A stretch of 64,000 nt of DNA, from positions 329 to 64,328 of the forward strand of contig REEO01000025.1 in NCBI GenBank assembly GCA_007695035.1, given 5' to 3'. This stretch comes from Saprospirales bacterium (GTDB lineage: Bacteria > Bacteroidota > Bacteroidia > Chitinophagales > Saprospiraceae). Position 1 is the first letter of the stretch, and every line of letters starts with the position of its first letter. The notes below the pieces were generated by a model, which had not been told where the DNA came from, ran no database searches, and saw nothing but the letters and a program-made list of their open reading frames with translations. A program made the position numbers and the translations under genes. Positions 9,160 through 19,549 of this stretch are shown here, piece by piece.

Positions 9160-9438
9160 ATGAGTGATTCCAAAACCATAGAGCTGAGGATTTACGGCAA
9201 AGTACAGGGAGTCTGGTACCGCGCATCCACCAAAGAAAAGGCCCTTCAACTAGGTCTGAGTGGTTATGTTATGAACAAAGCAGACGGCTCCGTAATGGCT
9301 CAGGCGACAGGCCCGGAAAATTCCCTGGAAGAACTCATTGACTGGTGTCATAAGGGTCCGGCTGAGGCCAAAGTTAAGGAGGTAAAAGTCCTGAAAATTC
9401 CCCTTAGACGATTTGAGGGATTCGATATCAGACGATAG
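9160..9438 (+). CDS. acyP: acylphosphatase
   Basis: GKVQGVWYR, GYVMN, GPAEAKV. Confidence 0.93.
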   Translation: MSDSKTIELRIYGKVQGVWYRASTKEKALQLGLSGYVMNKADGSVMAQATGPENSLEELIDWCHKGPAEAKVKEVKVLKIPLRRFEGFDIRR

Positions 9439-9663
9439 TTTTTATAAAATTATATTTTATTGAAAAGCAATGATTTATACATTGTTCGAGGATTTTTTTA
9501 CAATGAATGTTAACTCTAATATTTGGAAACTTTATATATTTACGAACTCTAATGTTTTACCGATTTCGTTGAACAAATCAATCGACTTTTTTTAGACTCT
9601 GAACCGGGAATTGCAGCTAATAAAAGTCGGTATTTCATAAAACATCTAAAATTTATTATAATT

Positions 9664-12288
9664 ATGGCCCCCCTGCTATTCGAGAAGAATGTTGACACAA
9701 AGAAGGAGAAGCCGGAAGCAAAAGAAAAGACCACCGGCGACACAACACAAACTGCACAGAACCGTAAAAAATACACCTATGAGGAGGCGCTGAAAAAATC
9801 TACAGCATACTTTAATGGTGATGATCTGGCAGCAAGGGTTTGGATTAATAAATACGCGCTTAAAGATTCACATGGGAATATCTACGAAGCCAATCCGGAT
9901 GACATGCACCGCAGACTGGCATCGGAAATAGCCCGCATTGAAAGCAAATATTCACAACCAATTGGGGAAGAGGAACTCTACGAATTGCTGAAGGAATTCA
10001 AGTACATCGTGCCCCAGGGTGGCCCGATGACCGGAATTGGCAATGACTTTCAGGTCGCATCCCTGTCCAATTGCTTTGTAATCGGGAACAATGGACCGGC
10101 TGATTCCTACGGCGGTATTATGAAAACCGATGAGGAGCAGGTACAGTTGATGAAGCGCCGCGGTGGTGTGGGACACGACCTCTCTCATATCCGGCCCAAA
10201 GGAAGTCCGGTGCAAAATTCTGCCCTCACATCCACTGGAATCGTTCCCTTTATGGAGCGCTATTCAAACTCTACCCGCGAGGTAGCTCAGGATGGTCGAA
10301 GAGGTGCACTGATGCTGACTGTATCCGTAAAACACCCCGATGCTGAGCACTTTGTCGATGCCAAGATAGACGGCACCAAAGTGACCGGAGCCAATGTCTC
10401 AGTAAAAATTGACGACGAGTTCATGCGATCAGTGGAGAGCGGTCAGGCATACTTGCAAAAATACCCCATCGACAGCCGCAAACCTGTCTATAAAAAATCC
10501 ATTGACGCCGCTTCCCTGTGGAAAAAAATCGTACACAATGCCTGGAAATCCGCTGAGCCTGGTATTATTTTCTGGGACACCGTAATTAGGGAATCCGTAC
10601 CCGATTGCTATGCAGACCTCGGCTTTGAAACGGTATCTACAAATCCATGCGGCGAGATTCCCCTGTGCCCCTACGACAGTTGCCGTCTGTTGGCGGTTAA
10701 TCTGTTCAGCTATGTCAATAACCCCTACACACCGGATGCCTCCTTCGACATGGAGTTGTTTAAAAAGCATGCCGGAATGGCACTGAGGATAATGGATGAC
10801 ATTGTAGATCTCGAACTCGAAAAGATCGACGCCATTATTGAAAAGCTGGAAAAGGACCCCGAGCCAATGGCAATCAAACGCACCGAATACGAACTGTGGA
10901 AAAAAACCAGAGAAAAGTGCATTCAGGGAAGGAGAACCGGTGTGGGAATCACCGGTGAAGGCGATATGCTCGCTGCACTGGGTCTTACTTACGGAACTGA
11001 TAAGGCTACTGAATTCTCCGTGGAAGTTCACAAAACCCTCGCGGTTGAAGCCTACAGAATGTCTGTAAATCTCGCCGGAGACAGAGGAAAATTTCCCGTG
11101 TACGACCACCGCAAAGAGGAAAACAACCCCTTTGTGCAGCGCATAAAAAATGAGGACCCGGAATTGTATAAAGAAATGTTGAAAAAGGGTCGGCGAAATA
11201 TCGCCATGCTTACCATTGCTCCAACGGGCACCACCAGCATGATGACTCAAACGACCTCCGGAATCGAACCGGCTTTCCTCATCAGTTACAAGCGCCGGAG
11301 AAAAGTCAACCCCAACGACCAAAATGTACGCGTGGATTTTGTGGACGATGTGGGTGATTCATGGGAAGAGTACCGCGTCTTCCACCACAAATTTGTCGAT
11401 TGGTTGAAGGCCAACGGCCACGATGTCGATAAGGTCAGACAGATGGAAGATGACGAAATGCGGGCTCTGATACGCAAATCTCCTTACTATAAAGCCACCG
11501 CCAACGACGTGGATTGGGTTTCCAAAGTGAAAATGCAGGGCGCTATTCAAAAGTGGGTGGACCACTCCATCAGTGTTACGGTCAACGTACCTGAGGAAAC
11601 ACCGGAAGAACTGATCGGTGATATTTATCTCACTGGTTGGAAGAGCGGATGCAAAGGAATTACGGTTTATCGCGACGGTTCCAGATCCGGGGTGCTTGTC
11701 ACAGACAAAAAGGAGAAGAAGGAAGAGACTACAACGGGAATAACCGATGCGCCCAAGCGTCCCAGAATACTCGAGGCCGATATCGTCAAGTTCATGAACA
11801 ACGAGGAAAAGTGGATTGCAGTCGTCGGTTTGCTGGATGGCAAACCCTATGAGATTTTTACTGGTAAGGCAGAGGAGTCTTTCTCCATTCTCTCTACCGT
11901 GGAAAGGGGCTGGGTCATTAAAAGCCGCACGGAAGACGGTGGCAGCCGCTACGATTTCTCTTACCTGGATCGCCAGGGTTACCGCATCACCATCGAGGGG
12001 CTATCACGGACATTTAACAAGGAGTACTGGAATTATGCCAAGTTGATTTCCGGTGTTCTGCGTCACGGAATGCCCATTGAATATGTAGTGGATGTGGTTG
12101 CCAACCTCCAGCTCAATGAAGACTTGTTGAACAACTGGAAAAACGGGGTGGCCAGAGCACTAAAGCGTTATATTGAGGACGGGACCGCTCCCGCGAAAAA
12201 CAGTTGCCCATCTTGTGGCGAGCACACCCTGGTCTATCAGGAGGGCTGCCTGGTATGCAGCAGTTGTGGACACTCTAAGTGCGAGTGA
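9664..12288 (+). CDS. nrdJ: class II (adenosylcobalamin-dependent) ribonucleotide reductase
   Basis: SLSNCF, STNPCGEIPL, TIAPTGTTS, KGITVYRDGSR, C-terminal CPSC...CSSC zinc ribbon. Confidence 0.95.
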   Translation: MAPLLFEKNVDTKKEKPEAKEKTTGDTTQTAQNRKKYTYEEALKKSTAYFNGDDLAARVWINKYALKDSHGNIYEANPDDMHRRLASEIARIESKYSQPIGEEELYELLKEFKYIVPQGGPMTGIGNDFQVASLSNCFVIGNNGPADSYGGIMKTDEEQVQLMKRRGGVGHDLSHIRPKGSPVQNSALTSTGIVPFMERYSNSTREVAQDGRRGALMLTVSVKHPDAEHFVDAKIDGTKVTGANVSVKIDDEFMRSVESGQAYLQKYPIDSRKPVYKKSIDAASLWKKIVHNAWKSAEPGIIFWDTVIRESVPDCYADLGFETVSTNPCGEIPLCPYDSCRLLAVNLFSYVNNPYTPDASFDMELFKKHAGMALRIMDDIVDLELEKIDAIIEKLEKDPEPMAIKRTEYELWKKTREKCIQGRRTGVGITGEGDMLAALGLTYGTDKATEFSVEVHKTLAVEAYRMSVNLAGDRGKFPVYDHRKEENNPFVQRIKNEDPELYKEMLKKGRRNIAMLTIAPTGTTSMMTQTTSGIEPAFLISYKRRRKVNPNDQNVRVDFVDDVGDSWEEYRVFHHKFVDWLKANGHDVDKVRQMEDDEMRALIRKSPYYKATANDVDWVSKVKMQGAIQKWVDHSISVTVNVPEETPEELIGDIYLTGWKSGCKGITVYRDGSRSGVLVTDKKEKKEETTTGITDAPKRPRILEADIVKFMNNEEKWIAVVGLLDGKPYEIFTGKAEESFSILSTVERGWVIKSRTEDGGSRYDFSYLDRQGYRITIEGLSRTFNKEYWNYAKLISGVLRHGMPIEYVVDVVANLQLNEDLLNNWKNGVARALKRYIEDGTAPAKNSCPSCGEHTLVYQEGCLVCSSCGHSKCE

Positions 12289-12325
12289 TCTAATTACCAA
12301 AAGTTCTATTATTCAATCAATCATC

Positions 12326-12368
12326 AGCGCATTCACAGCCTTCGGGAGTGAATGCGCTTTTTGTTTTA
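12326..12368 (+). terminator. terminator after nrdJ
   Basis: agcgcattcac/gtgaatgcgct stem followed by T tract. Confidence 0.85.
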
Positions 12369-12407
12369 ACTGGCTTAAACCTACTTTACTTACCAACCCC
12401 TATCCTT

Positions 12408-12761
12408 ATGATTATCAAAGGAAACGAACAGACCGAAAATTACTTAGGCGAAAATTGCTACATCACCGAGTTGCTGAACAGCCCTGATTTATCCGAACTT
12501 TCCGTCGCTGTGGCGAGGGTCCTACCGGGAGAGGAAACCGAACTTCACGCCCTGGAGGGTCATGAGGTTTACTATGTTTTGCAGGGGAAAGGCGAGGTTT
12601 TTATCGATGGGGCAAACAGAGGGACCCTGGAAAAGGGCGACCTGGCCCTCATTAAAAAGGACCTCAGCCAAAAAATCACCAACACCGGGACCGGAGACTT
12701 GATTTTCCTCTGCATTTGCAGCCCCAGGTTCAGAACGGAGGGCTATCGCGCTTTGGAATAG
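12408..12761 (+). CDS. cupin domain protein
   Basis: ELHALEGHEVYYVLQGKG...QKITNTG; start placed after the terminator. Confidence 0.85.
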   Translation: MIIKGNEQTENYLGENCYITELLNSPDLSELSVAVARVLPGEETELHALEGHEVYYVLQGKGEVFIDGANRGTLEKGDLALIKKDLSQKITNTGTGDLIFLCICSPRFRTEGYRALE

Positions 12762-13604
12762 TTTCTTGTCCGATGTAGCGTACAAAAATGGTCCACCACA
12801 AAGGCGCGCATTGAGCATACCGAAATGAACGGCGGACACAGAGAGGGAATCTCCAAAGATTTCAGAGACAAAAGAGAAAATCCGTGCAATTCGCGCAATC
12901 AATTTAATCCGTGATTCAGGCAATTGGAGCATCATCTGAATTACAAATTGGGGCTTCGAGCAAGAAGTCCGGATATTGGCAAAAGTAGTGACTTTTGGGA
13001 AGTTCGGTGTTTAAGATTTTAGGTTCTCGCTAAGGCTGCAAAGGTGTGGGCCTGGCGTTGTGAGCGGCCATTAATTGATTTAGTGCTTGGAGATCGTTCC
13101 CCCGGTTGGATAATTTCCCTTGCGCGCTGAAACTCAATTCAATAATTGCGTTGAGGGCGGGCACTGAAACGACCCGCAGAATATCAGATGTCCTACTTAA
13201 TTATTATTCCACCTTAAAAGACCCTAAAGGCGTCAGCCACCAATAGGATGTGCCTGCCCCCACTAAAGGATTGGATGCAGGCAATCCTTAGATTATTCTG
13301 TTCCCGAGAACAGCACCCTGAAGGGGTCCGACAATATTCCAGTACTTTAATAGCAGCGCCAATCGCTTAAGCCGCGGAAGAACAGCCCCCAAAAGAAGCC
13401 TCTACAAATTTTTTCAAGAAAAAACATTCCTATAATAACAATATGTAAAAAACACAAATACAAATAAATATGTAAAATTTTCGTCATCCCCAATGTTAAG
13501 TCTTTAGAATAAACCGGGCAGGAGGAACCAATTTCCCGAAAAATGGTGTTATCTTAGCGTAAATTCAATATTAAATTAATGTTAAGTAAGTAAAGCGAGG
13601 AGTT

Positions 13605-14096
13605 ATGGCAAAGCACAAGTTCAAAGAGGAGAAACGGTTTCGGCACCGGGCATTTTATGTATTACTCGGCCTGATAATTCTCGGGGCGACCTATAGATTG
13701 GTGGAGGAATTTGTGCTGGCCCCTGTCGTGAGTTGGGGTATGGTTGCCGTTTTCACCGGCATGATACTGGTGTCTGTCCTGGTGATTTATTTGTTGAGTT
13801 CTGTTCGCTTTGTGACGGTGGTGTCCAAAAAAGGCATCAAGTACCAGTTGTACCCTTTACACTTTAAAAGGCAGAAGGTTAAGTGGGATGATATTGAAGA
13901 GTACAAGGTAGTAGAAATGCCCCGCAAGGCCACATGGAGTGGTTGGAATCTTTACTACAGTTCTGATTTGCACAACTACGGCTTTGGAGAGAGCAAGGGT
14001 TTGTTTGTCAAACTGAAAAACGGCGACAACCTCTATCTCGGCATTGAGCACGAGGCTGAGCTCAAGAAAAACATAAAGAAACTGGCTCGCAATTGA
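13605..14096 (+). CDS. membrane protein, 2 TM plus bacterial PH-like domain
   Basis: Two hydrophobic helices then GIKYQLYPLH..VKWDDI...GLFVKLKNG. Confidence 0.78.
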   Translation: MAKHKFKEEKRFRHRAFYVLLGLIILGATYRLVEEFVLAPVVSWGMVAVFTGMILVSVLVIYLLSSVRFVTVVSKKGIKYQLYPLHFKRQKVKWDDIEEYKVVEMPRKATWSGWNLYYSSDLHNYGFGESKGLFVKLKNGDNLYLGIEHEAELKKNIKKLARN

Positions 14097-14155
14097 GATT
14101 GGAATAAATGGTGACCCCCGAACCAATACTAATTGCTTAAAATCTTAAGGTAAAC

Positions 14156-14189
14156 AAAGGCCCCTCGGATCGATTTCGAGGGGTTTTTT
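14156..14189. terminator. bidirectional terminator
   Basis: cccctcg/cgagggg stem flanked by A and T runs between convergent genes. Confidence 0.7.
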
Positions 14190-14215
14190 AATTGGGAAAA
14201 GTGAGGAAAAAAAAG

Positions 14216-14300
14216 TGCCCGGAGCGGGACTTGAACCCGCACGGCCGAGATGGCCACAGGATTTTAAGTCCTGCGTGTCTACCAATTCCACCACCCGGGC
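14216..14300 (-). tRNA. tRNA-Leu (TAA)
   Basis: Reverse complement GCCCGGGTGGTGGAATTGGTAGACAC...CTTAAAA...GGTTCAAGTCCC. Confidence 0.96.
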
Positions 14301-14358
14301 ATTTCTTTTGAAGACTTGTGACTAAAAAATTAGGAAGTGAAAGTCTGGAAAAAAACAG

Positions 14359-14431
<73 letters not shown>

Positions 14432-14668
14432 TTTCATTAAGCGACTGCAAATATACGACCCTTTTCCCAAACTTCGGAAAGTTTTTTGAAAAAATATTCC
14501 TTTTCCAGCGGACCATTGCGTTCATGCGCGGATTTCCGGCTTTTGATAAACTTCACACCGGCTTTGGTCGTTACCATTCCCAAATTATTGAGACATCAAT
14601 TGCGTGGACCGTACACGGGGGTCCCAAACAATTGGTAATTTTGCGTGATTTTTGAAAAAAGCATCCCG

Positions 14669-15763
14669 ATGAGTAAGAAAGGAAAAATTTTGGTAGCCAT
14701 GAGCGGTGGTATTGACAGCACTATGACAGCCCTGCTTTTACACGAGCAGGGGTACGAGGTTATTGGCATTACCATGAAGACCTGGGACTATGCCACTTCG
14801 GGCGGTGATTCCAGAGAGACGGGCTGTTGCAGTCTCGACTCGATAAACGATGCCCGCCAGGTCGCCGTTGACCACGGTTTCCACCATTTTATAATAGATA
14901 TCCGCGACGAGTTTGGGGATTTTGTCATCGATAATTTCATTGAGGAATACATCGCCGGCAGAACACCCAATCCCTGTGTTTTGTGCAACACCCATATCAA
15001 ATGGGAGGCTATGTTGAAAAGAGCGGATTCCCTGGATTGTGAATTCATTGCCACCGGTCACTATGCTAAAAAGGTGTTTGAAAACGGCCGCCACTTCGTG
15101 CGCAGGGCCAAAGACCTGACCAAAGATCAGAGTTATGTCCTTTGGGGCCTCAGTCAGGAGTGTCTCAATAGGTCGGTATTTCCCCTCGGTGATATGTTGA
15201 AATCTGAAGTGCGGGAACTCGCCATGGACCGGGGCTATAAAGAACTCGCCGGAAAACCCGAGAGCTACGAAATTTGCTTTGTCCCCGACAATGACTACCG
15301 CGGTTTTCTCAAGCGGCAAGTGCCCGGTCTGGAAGAAGAAGTTGATGGAGGGTACTTCATCGATCAGGAAGGCAAACTGCTCGGGCGCCACAAAGGCTAT
15401 CCATTTTTTACAGTGGGGCAGCGAAGAGGTCTTGGAATTGCTTTCGGAGAGCCCATGTACGTCACGGAGATAAAGCCGGAATCCAATACCGTAGTTCTCG
15501 GCAAACAGGAAGATATGATCCGCAATGGCATGCGCGTCGGTGATTACAACTTCCTCAAGTACGAATCCATTGACAAACCTCTCGAAGTGGTCACCAAGGT
15601 GCGCTACCGTGACCGCGGAACGCTCAGTACCATGAGCATGGAAGGCGATGAGGTGATGGTGGAATTCATGGCCAATGTCCGGGGAATTGCTCCCGGCCAG
15701 TCGGCTGTAATGTACGAGGGCGATGACGTCATCGGAGGGGGAATAATTAAAGCCAGTTTTTGA
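14669..15763 (+). CDS. mnmA: tRNA 2-thiouridylase
   Basis: AMSGGIDS, TPNPCVLCN, ATGHYA, KDQSY, GQRRGL. Confidence 0.96.
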   Translation: MSKKGKILVAMSGGIDSTMTALLLHEQGYEVIGITMKTWDYATSGGDSRETGCCSLDSINDARQVAVDHGFHHFIIDIRDEFGDFVIDNFIEEYIAGRTPNPCVLCNTHIKWEAMLKRADSLDCEFIATGHYAKKVFENGRHFVRRAKDLTKDQSYVLWGLSQECLNRSVFPLGDMLKSEVRELAMDRGYKELAGKPESYEICFVPDNDYRGFLKRQVPGLEEEVDGGYFIDQEGKLLGRHKGYPFFTVGQRRGLGIAFGEPMYVTEIKPESNTVVLGKQEDMIRNGMRVGDYNFLKYESIDKPLEVVTKVRYRDRGTLSTMSMEGDEVMVEFMANVRGIAPGQSAVMYEGDDVIGGGIIKASF

Positions 15764-15808
15764 GCCGGAATTTCATCCGGCTTTGCAGTGTAATCAAAAC
15801 AACCATCC

Positions 15809-16354
15809 ATGGCCAGGTTAAAAAGAGAGATGGAAGAACTCATCCCGGCGGGTCGGGTATTAAAACCCTACGGAAAAGATGGCTCTATTAAGTTGGCCGG
15901 TGAAAACGAGGCGTTTGAAAAAATCCTGATCGAGGTCGAATTCATTTTCATCACAGACTTTGGAAGCAAGGTGCCCTTCCGAATAGAGGAGGTGCGTCCC
16001 GGTCCACCCCCGATCGTCAAGTTGGAGGGTTTGGATGCGCCTGAAACAGCCCGGCGACTGAATGGGGCCGCATTTTTTTTGCTGCAGTCTGATGCTCAAA
16101 AGGCCAACCACTACAAAAAATCCGACCCCCTCAAATACATTGTGGGCTTTGAGGTCATCGACCAAAGCAGTGAGGAGCTTGTCGGCAAGGTGATCAATAC
16201 CGTGGAAATGGCCGGACAGTTGCTGGCTGAGGTTGAAGACCACAAGCTGGATAAAATCCACCTGATTCCCATCCACGAGGATATGATTATATCCATGGAC
16301 CCCGAGGCCAAAACCATCCTCATGGAACTCCCTGAAGGGCTTACAGAACTTTGA
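15809..16354 (+). CDS. rimM: 16S rRNA processing protein RimM
   Basis: GRVLKPYGKDG N-terminus, LIPIHEDMI..LPEGL PRC-barrel end. Confidence 0.88.
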   Translation: MARLKREMEELIPAGRVLKPYGKDGSIKLAGENEAFEKILIEVEFIFITDFGSKVPFRIEEVRPGPPPIVKLEGLDAPETARRLNGAAFFLLQSDAQKANHYKKSDPLKYIVGFEVIDQSSEELVGKVINTVEMAGQLLAEVEDHKLDKIHLIPIHEDMIISMDPEAKTILMELPEGLTEL

Positions 16355-16442
16355 TTAGTAAACTCCTGAGCCCTTTTATTTTTGTGGTGAACCCTCAGAC
16401 TCTTCTTTTGAATCTGTTTTGTTTAATAAAGAATCAGATGAC

Positions 16443-16634
16443 GAAGAAGATGCCAGCCGGATAGGCGATTTGAATGTGCAGGTGATTGACCTGAGCGGCA
16501 ATGTGGTGAATGAAAGTGAGTTTGGACCCGACCTCATTAGGGGATTGAATGTTGAAATGTTGCCGGCCGGTATGTACCTTGTGCGACTGACCGTAGAGAA
16601 TCTCTCACAGACTGTGAACATGGCGAAAAAGTAG
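16443..16634 (+). pseudogene. orphan copy of the T9SS C-terminal domain of the next gene
   Basis: 192 nt ungapped match to 17670-17861, 33 mismatches by manual count (~83%). Confidence 0.85.
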
Positions 16635-16778
16635 TGGAACTCAAAAGTCCTGGATTCCCTTCTGCAGATTGTATTTTCCCCTCATTTTTGGTGGGGTAGA
16701 AATTCAGCTTTAATGATAAAAGGAGTCTAATTTATTGAGATCAACGGGTAGTTTTTTACCTTAGCACCAAAAGGACCT

Positions 16779-17861
16779 ATGAAATCAATTTTACTTTTGG
16801 TAGCAAGTATGGTTTTGAGCATTACACTTTGGGCTCAACTTGAATTGAACTACGAAATTGAGTTCACCCATTTTCAGCAGGATTACATTCCACTGGAGGA
16901 GTACACCAACTTAACGGAGGGCGTGGATGCCTGGGATTATTCTGACTTTTGGGATTTTACCATTCCGATATATAATCCGGTAGTATTTCCGGGCTTTGAA
17001 GACCGTCCGTTTGACACGCTTTACACCAATGCCTTTGCGGGAATGGAGTTCGGTTATAACCAACTGCCGGATGATCCCTATACAGTGGGAATCATTGGAG
17101 CTGCTTTAGAAGGGTATTTAATATCTCCTCTGGCAGATGACAATAACGCAGATCAGGGGCATATTTTATACCTGGAATCTGAGGAGGGCCTATTCTTCGA
17201 ATTTCAAAATGTGGGTTTTGAAGAAGAAATGTATTTGGGATCCGGCCTTCAATCCAGATTGAACTTCCAGGTGGCGTATTACTTTGACGATAATTGTATT
17301 GAATTCCATTACGGGCATTCTGAAATTGGTTCAGAACTAGAGCAATACCTTGATGATGTCGGTGTGGAAATTAATGCTATACTGGGCTGGTTTTATGAGG
17401 AGGAAATTGATGGTGAATGGGATCGCAATCACCTGTTGCTAGGAGGGTGGTTAAATGGAGACCCCGCAGAACCAGAGTTCAACAGCGATTTCTTTGATTA
17501 CAATTCACACACCGAGGATCTCGGTTTTGTAACCGGAGTCCCGGAGGAAGGCACCGTATATCGCTTTTGTTTTGACCAGACGACCTCCACTGAAGAGGTT
17601 GTTGAGCTCTCGGCTGACTTGACCCTGTATCCCAATCCCGCGACAAATAGGGTTTATTTTTCATTGCCGGAAGAGGATGCCAGCCAATTGGGCGATTTGA
17701 ATCTTCAGGTGGTTGACCTAAGCGGCAATGTGGTGATTGAAAGTGAGTTTGGACCTGATCTCCACGGTGGATTGAATGTGGAAATGCTGCCGGCCGGCAT
17801 GTATTTTGTGCGACTTACCGGAGAGCATCTCTCGCAGACTGTGAAGGTGGTAATAAAATAA
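16779..17861 (+). CDS. acidic secreted protein with T9SS type A sorting domain
   Basis: Signal peptide ending A-Q; LYPNPA...LPAGMYFVRL...KVVIK. Confidence 0.9.
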   Translation: MKSILLLVASMVLSITLWAQLELNYEIEFTHFQQDYIPLEEYTNLTEGVDAWDYSDFWDFTIPIYNPVVFPGFEDRPFDTLYTNAFAGMEFGYNQLPDDPYTVGIIGAALEGYLISPLADDNNADQGHILYLESEEGLFFEFQNVGFEEEMYLGSGLQSRLNFQVAYYFDDNCIEFHYGHSEIGSELEQYLDDVGVEINAILGWFYEEEIDGEWDRNHLLLGGWLNGDPAEPEFNSDFFDYNSHTEDLGFVTGVPEEGTVYRFCFDQTTSTEEVVELSADLTLYPNPATNRVYFSLPEEDASQLGDLNLQVVDLSGNVVIESEFGPDLHGGLNVEMLPAGMYFVRLTGEHLSQTVKVVIK

Positions 17862-17979
17862 TCGGTTGTCACTCAGTCGGTCTCTTTGCTAATGGCATTT
17901 TTCGGGAAATGTGGTATGTGGGAACAAACCACTTTCGGTAAATTACTCCTTATTATCTACAGTAATTTCCCTCAGGATT

Positions 17980-19314
17980 TCAGAGTAAAATACCTGCTAT
18001 GGTGGCGGTCATCAGATTGGCCAGTGATCCAGCCAGTACTGCGTAGAGACCGAATTGAGCTAGTTCGGATTTTCTGTTTGGCGCCAATCCCCCTATTCCC
18101 CCGATTTGAATGGCGATGGAGGCAAAATTGGCAAATCCGCAAAGTGCGAAGGTTGCCATGGTGATTGTTTTGGCACTGATGGTCCCTTCCGAAACCATTT
18201 CGGCCAATTGCATGTAGGCGACAAATTCATTGAGGACCACTTTGGTGCCCAATAGCGAACCCATATTTACTGCATCCTCCCAGGGCACGCCGACTCCAAA
18301 AGCCAGCGGAGCGAGAATCCAGCCGAGCACAGTTTCGATGGTGAGTTCTACACCCTCTGGCAGCATCTGGTTGATGGTGGTGATCTCCCCGAAGTGGTAG
18401 AGGAAGTGGTTACCCATTGCAAGCAGCGCGATAAAGGCGAGCAGCATGGCCCCGACATTTAGGGCCAGTTTGAGTCCCACTCCTGCACCTGAAGCCGCGG
18501 CATCAATACCATTCGCATCGGTTTTTTCTATGGTCATTTTCACCTCCCCACGGGTGACCGGCTCACCGATTTCCGGCCGCAGGATTTTGGCAATAACGAG
18601 TGCGGCAGGTGCAGCCATGATGGAAGCGCCCAGCAACTGTTCGGCAAACATCAATCTTCCAACATCCAGCGGCACATCATTGGCCAGCGCATAGGAGTTG
18701 CCCAGCATCTGCACATAGGCCGCCATCACACCTCCCGCGATGGTTGCCATACCGCCTGTCATGACCGCCAGCAGCTCCGATTTGGTCATTTTTTCGATAT
18801 AGGGTTTTATGACCAGGGGAGACTCGGTCTGACCTACAAAAATATTGGCCACAACGGAGAGGGATTCCGCCCCTGATATACCCATCAATTTTTGCATACC
18901 TTTTGACATGACGTTCACGACGCGCTGCAATATCCCGTAGTGGTACATTATGGAAGTAAGCGAGGCAAAAAATACAATGGTTGGAAGTACCTGGAATGCA
19001 AAAAAGTGACCCATGCTATCCTCCATGCCCGGACTTCTGGCCAGGTCACCAAAAATGAATTCCGCCCCGGCGGTGGTGAAGTCCAGTACAATCACAAAAA
19101 ATGAGGATATCCAACTGAACATAATCTTTGGCCATCCCAACGGTGACCACCATTCCTCCATGACCGACCCCTTCAGTATGAAAATCGCCAGTACAAATTG
19201 GATGGCAAGCCCTATGCCCACCAGTTTCCAGTCTATCTTTTTTCGGTTGTTGCTGAAAAGGACAGCCACTCCGATTATGAGCACCATCCCGATTACACCG
19301 CGTAAAATGTCCAT
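17980..19314 (-). CDS. nupC: NupC/CNT nucleoside transporter
   Basis: FAFQVLPTIVFF, NIFVGQTESP, NEFVAY, LCGFANF. Confidence 0.93.
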   Translation of the reverse strand: MDILRGVIGMVLIIGVAVLFSNNRKKIDWKLVGIGLAIQFVLAIFILKGSVMEEWWSPLGWPKIMFSWISSFFVIVLDFTTAGAEFIFGDLARSPGMEDSMGHFFAFQVLPTIVFFASLTSIMYHYGILQRVVNVMSKGMQKLMGISGAESLSVVANIFVGQTESPLVIKPYIEKMTKSELLAVMTGGMATIAGGVMAAYVQMLGNSYALANDVPLDVGRLMFAEQLLGASIMAAPAALVIAKILRPEIGEPVTRGEVKMTIEKTDANGIDAAASGAGVGLKLALNVGAMLLAFIALLAMGNHFLYHFGEITTINQMLPEGVELTIETVLGWILAPLAFGVGVPWEDAVNMGSLLGTKVVLNEFVAYMQLAEMVSEGTISAKTITMATFALCGFANFASIAIQIGGIGGLAPNRKSELAQFGLYAVLAGSLANLMTATIAGILL

Positions 19315-19549
19315 ATATTTTGCATTATTTCCCCTTCGACAGACCCTTTTCCGGCCCAATCACCTTTGGGGGAATTCAAATATCCGGCAAGATAGAAAAA
19401 TGTCGCGAAACATCGGATGCCAGCACCTCAATCAATACCGAATCCTGAAATTTTTAAGCCGCCAGTTAAGGATTTTTAAAGTTCCCGTGAAAAAATTTCA
19501 ATAGCTGGTCATGCCATTGTATTTTCGCAACCGGGTTTATCATCGAATT

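Noticed and set aside
9440..9663. Cobalamin riboswitch or NrdR boxes before nrdJ
   Set aside because: No B12-box motifs; NrdR consensus match is poor.
9664..12288. Intein or intron in nrdJ
   Set aside because: Continuous ORF of ordinary length without splice motifs.
12348..12407. Longer N-terminus for the cupin gene
   Set aside because: The alternative start lies inside the nrdJ terminator.
13123..13170. CRISPR-like ...CTGAAAC ends
   Set aside because: Only two 10-nt matches 38 bp apart; no full repeats or cas genes.
13526..13536. aaccaatttcc recurring at 456, 13526 and 24600
   Set aside because: Contexts are inconsistent; cannot be told from chance without genome-wide counts.
16443..17861. 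DGR template/variable repeat pair
   Set aside because: Mismatches involve all four bases and many are synonymous rather than adenine-specific; no reverse transcriptase in the window.
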